35,570 nt of DNA from a virus. The translations under genes and the position numbers were made by a program. Shown piece by piece: positions 15,850 through 21,199 of this stretch. The notes under the pieces are model-generated. The model was not told where the DNA came from. It made no database searches and worked only from the letters and a program-made list of their open reading frames with translations. The DNA is taken from IMG/VR virus record IMGVR_UViG_3300045988_124184, positions 1-35,570 of that record; one strand, 5' to 3'. Within the stretch, counting starts at the first letter, position 1; the number at the start of each line of letters is the position of its first letter.

Positions 15850-15871
15850 ATTGTAACGCTATTGTAACGTT
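15850..15871 (+). repeat. Tandem 11-bp direct repeat ATTGTAACGCT/ATTGTAACGTT (putative arm-type sites, P' arm)
   Basis: One-base variants of the 15653-15674 repeat in the same orientation, abutting the int stop codon. Confidence 0.7.
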
Positions 15872-16899
15872 TATTTTAGTAAGCCGATTGCATTTTTTAA
15901 GGTGTTGATACTTTGGTGTATATATGTGTTTGCGGTAGTATCATAGTCGGTATGACCAAGTATTTTTTGAATATCTTCTGGGCGTGCACCTGCTGCTGAT
16001 AGCATTGTCGCACATGTGTGCCTTGTACAGTGTGGAGAGAGTGGGCGGACTCCGATTTTTTCTAAAGCAGGATAGTAGCATTTTTCACGGAAGAGCCGTG
16101 CAGTATATGGAGTGCCATCTTCTTTACAAAAAATAGTTTTTCCTTTTTTTGATAGCCATTTTTCAACAATAGGAAGAATCTTAGCGTGAACCGGAACATT
16201 TCTGTTTTTACCAGCTGTCGTTTTACTTCCACCAGTCAGAATATTATTTTTAGAGTCATAAGAAAAAGGCGTTAAATTTAAAAATTCATTTATACGAAAT
16301 CCTGTATAGCACATGCATAAAATTACATCCGCAAAAGGGACTATGTCGACCGATTTTTCAATTTTTGCAAGTTCAATATCTGTAAAGCTGTCTTTGCTTT
16401 TTGTTTCAGCTTTAGGAAGGTTGATAAACTCTGCGTAATTTTTACTTACAATATCGTTTTCAAGTGCATACTTATAAAGCTGTACCAAAAGTAGCTTTAT
16501 CTTTGATAGTGAGGATTGCGACATGCTAGCATTATCGTCAATAATTTTTTGCATTTGGCTTGTGCGAATATCTCGAAAGCGTATCCTATAGAGTTCAGAT
16601 AACTTTTTATATGCAGCGTTGTAGTTATCTATCGTTTGCTTTGAAATGTTCCTATAAGCGATTTCAGACCACTCTGTGAATACCTCAGAAAAAATAATGT
16701 TGAATTTTTCTGTTGGGTTCTGCTGATATTGAAATAAGGCTTCTTTTGCTTCTCTTGACGTCTTAAAGTGTCCTATCACTATTCGCTTTGGTTTTCCTTC
16801 GTCTGTATATATAGCGGGGGCTATAGCCACCCACGGACGCGATTTACTGTCTTTACGCTTGCAAACCGTTCCAGTTCCATTGCCTCTCTGTTTGCTCAT
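15871..16899 (-). CDS. int: Tyrosine recombinase (phage integrase)
   Basis: 342 aa. The C-terminal catalytic signature is present (HCTRHTCATML...ILGHTDYDTTANTYIH). RBS AGGAGGTAC. It lies adjacent to attP. Confidence 0.95.
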   Translation of the reverse strand: MSKQRGNGTGTVCKRKDSKSRPWVAIAPAIYTDEGKPKRIVIGHFKTSREAKEALFQYQQNPTEKFNIIFSEVFTEWSEIAYRNISKQTIDNYNAAYKKLSELYRIRFRDIRTSQMQKIIDDNASMSQSSLSKIKLLLVQLYKYALENDIVSKNYAEFINLPKAETKSKDSFTDIELAKIEKSVDIVPFADVILCMCYTGFRINEFLNLTPFSYDSKNNILTGGSKTTAGKNRNVPVHAKILPIVEKWLSKKGKTIFCKEDGTPYTARLFREKCYYPALEKIGVRPLSPHCTRHTCATMLSAAGARPEDIQKILGHTDYDTTANTYIHQSINTLKNAIGLLK

Positions 16900-16915
16900 T
16901 TTTAATTGTACCTCC

Positions 16916-16960
16916 TAAAAAAGGGCGCAAAAAAGCAGCCCCTTGATTTTTACGGGCTGC
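16916..16960 (-). terminator. Intrinsic terminator on the - strand, immediately upstream of the int SD
   Basis: On the - strand: GCAGCCC-12 nt-GGGCTGC followed by TTTTTTGCGCCCTTTTTT, then AGGAGG and the int ATG. Confidence 0.65.
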
Positions 16961-16971
16961 AATGGTACAAT
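16943..16971 (+). promoter_or_regulatory. Near-consensus + strand promoter facing away from int
   Basis: TTGATT (16943-16948), 17 nt, TGgTACAAT (-10 at 16966-16971). Confidence 0.55.
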
Positions 16972-16977
16972 ATTTTT

Positions 16978-17059
16978 GGTTGAATACCGTACTATGTAGC
17001 CCTAGGGTTATATAGTCAACGTCCTTATCCTGTTGGCGCAGGGTAGGGGCGTTTTTTTT
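16978..17059 (+). ncRNA. Candidate ~80-nt small RNA (promoter at 16943-16971, terminator at 17020-17059)
   Basis: No ORF or SD is present. It ends in a 13-bp stem CGTCCTTATCCTG/CAGGGTAGGGGCG (three G-U pairs) plus T8, which can terminate only on the + strand. Confidence 0.45.
16991..17019 (-). promoter_or_regulatory. Candidate int promoter (- strand)
   Basis: On the - strand: TTGACT, 17 nt, CATAGT. The spacer holds the palindrome CCCTAGGG (17000-17007). It lies inside the candidate sRNA. Confidence 0.4.
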
Positions 17060-17179
17060 ATTTTGCTTTCTTATCATTTAAAGGTGTCGAAATCGACCAC
17101 TTTAAAAATTTAGTCTGGTTTAATCCGTTTAATATCGTAATAGTGAGCGTTTTTTTATTGTATAGTATGCTTGCTATTT

Positions 17180-17818
17180 CTAATTAACAAATTTGTGGAT
17201 AAAGCCAGTGGCAATACCTTCGATAACTAATTTATTTATTTCTTCTTTAATGTACACTAACGGCTCATAATTTGCATTAGCAGGCTGTAAAATAACTTTA
17301 TCTTGATATTTGAATACTTTCTTTAATGTTGCTTCTCCGTCTATTCTAACAGCCGCTATTTGTCCGTTATAGTCAATGTCTGGTTGCTTTATCAAGTAAA
17401 CTACATCACCAGAGCGTATACCAGCTTCAATCATGCTATCCCCATCACAAGTTAAGAGAAAATCGCATTTAACATCTTTAGGAACGTTTACATAGTCCTC
17501 AATATTCTGTTCTGCTAAAATAGGCGTGCCACATGCAATTTTTCCTACTAATGGCTTTAAAACCATTTCTGGAGGTGGAGAAAAGCCTTCTGGAATTTCA
17601 GACTTTTGTTCCACCTCTTCTGTCCAACCCATTAAGTATGCAGGGGTAGTGTGTAACGCTTTTGCTAATTTTGCAATTTTATCACGGCGCATATTGGCTA
17701 TTACTCCACTTTCCCAGCGCTGTACAGTAGGCTTACTAACTCCAACTTCTTTAGCCACATCATCCATAGTTAATCCTAAAGATAATCTACGAGTTTTTAT
17801 CTTATCGCATAATTCCAT
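17180..17818 (-). CDS. CI-like repressor: XRE HTH + S24 (LexA-type) autopeptidase domain
   Basis: ATG at 17818 follows AAGGGAGGA. It has an HTH (LGLTMDDVAKEVGVSKPTVQRWESG) and a Ser/Lys dyad context (GDSM ... ATLKKV). Confidence 0.92.
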   Translation of the reverse strand: MELCDKIKTRRLSLGLTMDDVAKEVGVSKPTVQRWESGVIANMRRDKIAKLAKALHTTPAYLMGWTEEVEQKSEIPEGFSPPPEMVLKPLVGKIACGTPILAEQNIEDYVNVPKDVKCDFLLTCDGDSMIEAGIRSGDVVYLIKQPDIDYNGQIAAVRIDGEATLKKVFKYQDKVILQPANANYEPLVYIKEEINKLVIEGIATGFIHKFVN

Positions 17819-17841
17819 ATTAGTAATCCTCCCTTGTGTAT

Positions 17842-17870
17842 ATAATAACATAATTGTTGCGTTTTTGCAA
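17842..17870 (-). promoter_or_regulatory. Repressor-maintenance promoter overlapped by operator O1
   Basis: On the - strand: TTGCAA, 17 nt, TGtTATTAT. O1 (TTGCGTTTTTGCAA, 17857-17870) covers the -35. Confidence 0.6.
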
Positions 17871-17909
17871 TAATTATTTATTTTATTTTAAAAAAGTTGC
17901 ATTAACGTA

Positions 17910-17956
17910 TTGACAATGATAATTGAGTGTGATAATATTTGGTTACGGAAACGCAA
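17910..17956 (+). promoter_or_regulatory. Early lytic promoter plus operator O2
   Basis: TTGACA (17910-17915), 17 nt, TGaTAATAT (-10 at 17933-17938). O2 is TTACGGAAACGCAA (17943-17956), whose reverse complement is TTGCGTTTCCGTAA. Confidence 0.7.
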
Positions 17957-17970
17957 CAGGAGGTGATTGG

Positions 17971-18168
17971 ATGTTTAATGAAATTGAGTTCCGTAGTTTA
18001 GCAATTAAAAAAGGTATTAAAATACCTCAAATCGCTAAAGCTATAGGTGTTAGTACACCAACTTTATATCGCAAGATGTCTGGAGAAAGTGATTTTTATA
18101 GGGCTGAGATTCAAGCAATTTGCGATTTATTTGAAGAAAAAGACTTGAATTATATTTTTTTTAGCTGA
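17971..18168 (+). CDS. Cro-like small HTH regulator (DUF739-like)
   Basis: 65 aa, ATG after AGGAGGTGA, HTH (IPQIAKAIGVSTPTLYRKMSG), divergent from the cI-like gene. Confidence 0.8.
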   Translation: MFNEIEFRSLAIKKGIKIPQIAKAIGVSTPTLYRKMSGESDFYRAEIQAICDLFEEKDLNYIFFS

Positions 18169-18171
18169 AAG

Positions 18172-18185
18172 TTGCTTAAAAGCAA
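18172..18185. promoter_or_regulatory. Third TTGC-N6-GCAA site (O3)
   Basis: TTGCTTAAAAGCAA lies immediately after the cro-like stop codon and has the same half-sites as O1. Confidence 0.45.
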
Positions 18186-18228
18186 CAGAAGGAGTAACTA
18201 TGACAAATTTAATAAAAGTCACATATAA

Positions 18229-18262
18229 AAATGTCAATCAAAAGTGAAAAATAATCACCAAA
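18229..18262 (+). repeat. 34-bp direct repeat, copy A
   Basis: AAATGTCAATCAAAAGTGAAAAATAATCACCAAA matches copy B in 29 of 34 positions without gaps. It contains GTGA-N7-TCAC. Confidence 0.8.
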
Positions 18263-18282
18263 ACAAATAAGGAGAAAAGAGG

Positions 18283-18519
18283 ATGGAGGATAAAGATAAG
18301 AATCTATGGGAGCTTGTGGGAAATATGTGTTTAGAAAAAGCATTAACGATATTGAAAAAAGAAAACCACCTCGATGTTGAAACAACAAAGGTGGTGCGAA
18401 ATTTAGTTGAAGTTGCAATTTTAATAGATTCGCTTAATCTACAGTGGCAGGCTCAAAACCAATCCGGCGTGGGGGTTTCTCAGGGTCTTGCTTCGTTACT
18501 GAAAGCAACAAAAAACTAA
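18283..18519 (+). CDS. Hypothetical protein (78 aa)
   Basis: RBS AAGGAG 8 nt upstream of the ATG. The N-terminal 55 aa look helical. The 3' 86 nt overlap the convergent gene. Confidence 0.55.
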   Translation: MEDKDKNLWELVGNMCLEKALTILKKENHLDVETTKVVRNLVEVAILIDSLNLQWQAQNQSGVGVSQGLASLLKATKN

Positions 18520-18778
18520 GTTGAGATATATGTTGTATAAGTGTAGCTTTTTGATTATCAACATATCCGTAAAAAACAATTGTACTAGGGTTCGTGTAAC
18601 CAATATCAGTTACAGCCATTGTGATGTTTTTTCCAAAAGAAGCAAGTTGGACAGCTATTTCATGCTCATTATCCAATTCACTTTCAAATTCTTGGATGTA
18701 ATCTCTAATAACTTCATAAGTATAGTCTGCTAACTTAGGATTTCGAATTGGATTGAGCAAAGACTCATAATTGTTCAC
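18434..18778 (-). CDS. Reverse-oriented hypothetical protein (114 aa; conserved small family, possibly DUF6173-like)
   Basis: GTG at 18778 is 5 nt after GGGAGGGAGGTGA. The motif DNEHEIAVQLASFGKNITMAVTDIGYTNPSTIVFYG...LIQHISQLSFLLL...PEKPPRRIGF resembles a widespread family; this is from memory only. Confidence 0.7.
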   Translation of the reverse strand: MNNYESLLNPIRNPKLADYTYEVIRDYIQEFESELDNEHEIAVQLASFGKNITMAVTDIGYTNPSTIVFYGYVDNQKATLIQHISQLSFLLLSVTKQDPEKPPRRIGFEPATVD

Positions 18779-18809
18779 AATAATCACCTCCCTCCCAATA
18801 AATTTTACC

Positions 18810-18838
18810 ACTATATGGGAGAGAGGGCAACTTGACAA
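18810..18838 (-). promoter_or_regulatory. Candidate promoter for the reverse-oriented gene
   Basis: On the - strand: TTGTCA, 17 nt, TATAGT, about 30 nt upstream of the GTG start. Confidence 0.5.
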
Positions 18839-18842
18839 AATG

Positions 18843-18994
18843 TCTACCTATTACCAGTGGCAAAGAAAAACTCATATATAACATTCTTTTTCATGTTTTT
18901 TCTCATTGGTAACAACTTTCCTATACAAACGTTTTTCTATTGGCGTAAATTTTCATTTTTCAATCAAAACTCTTTGCCACTGCTAATGGGTAGA
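18843..18994. repeat. 24-bp inverted repeat (22/24) flanking a 104-bp AT-rich spacer
   Basis: TCTACCTATTACCAGTGGCAAAGA (18843-18866) pairs with TCTTTGCCACTGCTAATGGGTAGA (18971-18994). The spacer holds the direct repeats GTTTTTTCTCATTGG (18895-18909) and GTTTTTCTATTGG (18931-18943). Confidence 0.85.
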
Positions 18995-18998
18995 TGTT

Positions 18999-19032
18999 AA
19001 ATGTCAAGTAAAGGTGAAGAATAATCACTAAA
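18999..19032 (+). repeat. 34-bp direct repeat, copy B
   Basis: AAATGTCAAGTAAAGGTGAAGAATAATCACTAAA; see copy A. Confidence 0.8.
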
Positions 19033-19044
19033 GGAGGTGAAGAA

Positions 19045-19272
19045 ATGCAAACTTTAAAAGAGGTAGAAGCCTATACGGAGGAGTTTTTAACCCCTAAAGA
19101 TGTGGCAAAAGTGCTGGGATGTGATGCGCAGACAATACGCGTACAAGCTAACCGCTGTCCTGAAAGGTTGGGCTTTCCTGTATCTATCATCGGTACACGT
19201 GTGAAGATACCGAAAGAAGCATTTTTGAAGTTTATGAGAGGAGACTTAAAGCCAAATGAACAAAATATTTGA
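19045..19272 (+). CDS. Small HTH protein, excisionase/MerR-like (candidate Xis)
   Basis: 75 aa, RBS AAGGAGGTGA. FLTPKDVAKVLGCDAQTIRVQ...VKIPKEAFLKFM is typical of HTH_17/excisionase-family proteins. Confidence 0.6.
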   Translation: MQTLKEVEAYTEEFLTPKDVAKVLGCDAQTIRVQANRCPERLGFPVSIIGTRVKIPKEAFLKFMRGDLKPNEQNI

Positions 19273-19513
19273 TTGGGTATTTATTGTATTGACTTTTGCT
19301 TTAGCTATGGCCGCTTTAGGTGTGGTTGGAAGTTTTGAGCTGGGAAATATCGACTTTGCAGGCTTCTTTATAGGACAAGCCGTTTGCATAGCTGGTATAG
19401 CTTTGCTGGCAGTAGTCCATCACCTTTTAAGTAAAAAAAGAAAAAGCCCTAGAGGAGCGGCAACTCCTACTAAGGGCAAAGGAAAATATATACATAAAAA
19501 GTATATCAGATAG
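19256..19513 (+). CDS. Small membrane protein (2 TM helices, basic C-tail)
   Basis: Hydrophobic helices followed by KKRKSPRGAATPTKGKGKYIHKKYIR. Confidence 0.6.
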   Translation: MNKIFDWVFIVLTFALAMAALGVVGSFELGNIDFAGFFIGQAVCIAGIALLAVVHHLLSKKRKSPRGAATPTKGKGKYIHKKYIR

Positions 19514-19528
19514 GAGAGTGTGTGTCAA

Positions 19529-19774
19529 ATGAGATATGAAGACCATCCACTTTTTAGAAAACCTCCGTTAATCGGGTATCGTGGTATATGTAAGAATCGT
19601 GACATTTCCATTGTATACAAAGAGGAAGCTGTTGAGTATGCCATGAATAAGCTAGGATATGAGAAAAACCCATATGCAGAGCCAGATGAGCAGATGAAAA
19701 AAGAGTTTGAAAGTATGATTGTTGATTGGTTTTATAGCGGAGACTGGAGAGAGGTACGCGAAGATGAAGAGTAG
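19529..19774 (+). CDS. Hypothetical early protein
   Basis: ATG at 19529 is 10 nt after GGAGAG; GTG 19520 is an alternative start. Confidence 0.6.
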   Translation: MRYEDHPLFRKPPLIGYRGICKNRDISIVYKEEAVEYAMNKLGYEKNPYAEPDEQMKKEFESMIVDWFYSGDWREVREDEE

Positions 19775-19979
19775 CGGTACGGACAAGTATATAAAAGGTA
19801 TTGCCACCAATATAGTATTTTTTAGAGGAGATGTGCCATGTTGTCGGGATTGTATCTATTATAAATTTAAAATTATCAAAAATGAAACACGTCATTTATG
19901 TATGCGTAATTTTGAAATATTAACAAATCCTGCAAATACAATCGGTACTGACTGCGATTTAGAGTTTATTAAGGAGTAA
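19764..19979 (+). CDS. Small Cys-rich hypothetical protein
   Basis: 71 aa from ATG 19764, overlapping the upstream stop by 11 nt. It contains CC..C and C...C clusters. Confidence 0.55.
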   Translation: MKSSGTDKYIKGIATNIVFFRGDVPCCRDCIYYKFKIIKNETRHLCMRNFEILTNPANTIGTDCDLEFIKE

Positions 19980-19982
19980 ACA

Positions 19983-20318
19983 ATGAATGAAGAAAAACTG
20001 AGTTTATTAATTTCGTTTTTTAATACTGCAATTTTAAGTAAATCAGAACGTACTGAGTTATTAAAATTAATTGTAAACGGTATTTTAACAGGCGAAATTA
20101 TACCTGAATCATATAATATAGACCCCAATGTATTTTTATTCTTTAAAGAGAATAATTTTTCTGGGGAAATACAAGCAGAAGAATTGTATAAATTATTTTT
20201 AGCATGGTGTATTGAAAATAAAAAAGAAATGATTACACTTACTAAATTTGGTATTGAAGTAAAAAAACTTGGTTATCAAAAAAGAAGAGTTAAAGAGGGA
20301 ATTATATACACAATTTAG
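19983..20318 (+). CDS. Hypothetical protein whose C-terminus parallels the primase C-terminal domain
   Basis: IQAEELYKLFLAWCIENKKE-MITLTKFGIEVKKLGYQKRRVKEGIIY aligns by eye with IQASQLYRAYKEWAKENGEYDGMSNTRFGREISNKFPKIRKKDGQYY at the end of ORF 23350-25623. Confidence 0.65.
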   Translation: MNEEKLSLLISFFNTAILSKSERTELLKLIVNGILTGEIIPESYNIDPNVFLFFKENNFSGEIQAEELYKLFLAWCIENKKEMITLTKFGIEVKKLGYQKRRVKEGIIYTI

Positions 20319-20329
20319 GAGGGATGAAA

Positions 20330-21199
20330 ATGTTTCAACCGGTAACGCGTCAAAAAGCTAAATTAAGGCTTGCTTTAACCGGAGTATCCGGAGCCGGAAA
20401 AACACTGTCAGCACTATACATAGCTTATGGTATTACAGGTGACTGGAGTAAAGTTGCATTAATAGATACAGAGCATGAAAGAGCACGGTTTTATGCAAAT
20501 AGAAGTGATTTAGGTACGGGAACCTTTTTATATGCTCCAATGGTACCACCATATAGTCCGGATAAATATAAGCAGATGGTTGCAGAGGGAGCAAAAGCGG
20601 TAGGCAATGATGGTGTCGTAATTATTGATTCTCTTTCTCACGCTTGGAATAATGAAGGCGGAGTATTGGAAATTAAAGATAAAATAGCAAGCCAACAAGG
20701 GAAAAATAGTTATACTGCATGGAATGAAGCCGGCAAAGAACAAAACGCACTTATCAATACTATTTTATCAGAAGATTGTCATACAATTGTAACCATGCGC
20801 TCAAAAATGGATTATGCAATGGTCGAGAATCATCGAGGTAAATTAGAACCGCAAAAAATTGGTTTAGCACCTATTCAAAGAGATGATACAGAATATGAGT
20901 TTGACATTGTATTAGATATTGCGCGTAATCATGTTGCAACGGCCTCCAAAGATACGACTTTTTTAGATCAATACGGTGCTGTTATTACTCCGGATTTAGG
21001 AAAACAATTAAAAGAGTGGTTAGATAACGGAGTAGAACCGGAAAGATGCGAAGAATGCGGAGGAATTATTAAAGCAACTAAAACAAAAAGTGTGGACGAT
21101 GTAATACAAGGTACAATGAGTAAAACAGGTAAAAAAATATGTATGAAATGTTATTCAAAGTGGATAAAAGAAAATGAAGTTAAGGCCGTATCAGAATAA
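20330..21199 (+). CDS. AAA_24-type (Sak4-like) ATPase with a C-terminal zinc ribbon
   Basis: Walker A (GVSGAGKT), IDTE motif, and C-terminal CEECGG...CMKC. ATG at 20330 has better SD spacing than ATG 20324. Confidence 0.8.
   Translation: MFQPVTRQKAKLRLALTGVSGAGKTLSALYIAYGITGDWSKVALIDTEHERARFYANRSDLGTGTFLYAPMVPPYSPDKYKQMVAEGAKAVGNDGVVIIDSLSHAWNNEGGVLEIKDKIASQQGKNSYTAWNEAGKEQNALINTILSEDCHTIVTMRSKMDYAMVENHRGKLEPQKIGLAPIQRDDTEYEFDIVLDIARNHVATASKDTTFLDQYGAVITPDLGKQLKEWLDNGVEPERCEECGGIIKATKTKSVDDVIQGTMSKTGKKICMKCYSKWIKENEVKAVSE

Noticed and set aside
16853-17077. 74-aa - strand ORF overlapping the int start
   Set aside because: It has no SD and runs through the terminator and promoter elements of the int-cI spacer. 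It would overlap the int coding start out of frame.
17526-17873. 115-aa + strand ORF
   Set aside because: It is antisense to the well-supported cI-like repressor gene, and it starts inside that gene without an SD.
18521-18733. 70-aa + strand ORF
   Set aside because: It is antisense to the 114-aa - strand gene, which has an excellent SD and a conserved-looking sequence. This ORF has no SD, and its composition (I/F/K/N/S-rich) looks like an antisense-frame shadow.
18867-18970. Short ORFs inside the inverted-repeat spacer (36 aa on +, 20 aa and 11 aa on -)
   Set aside because: They have no SD or only a marginal one, and no recognisable features. The region is better described as non-coding repeat structure.
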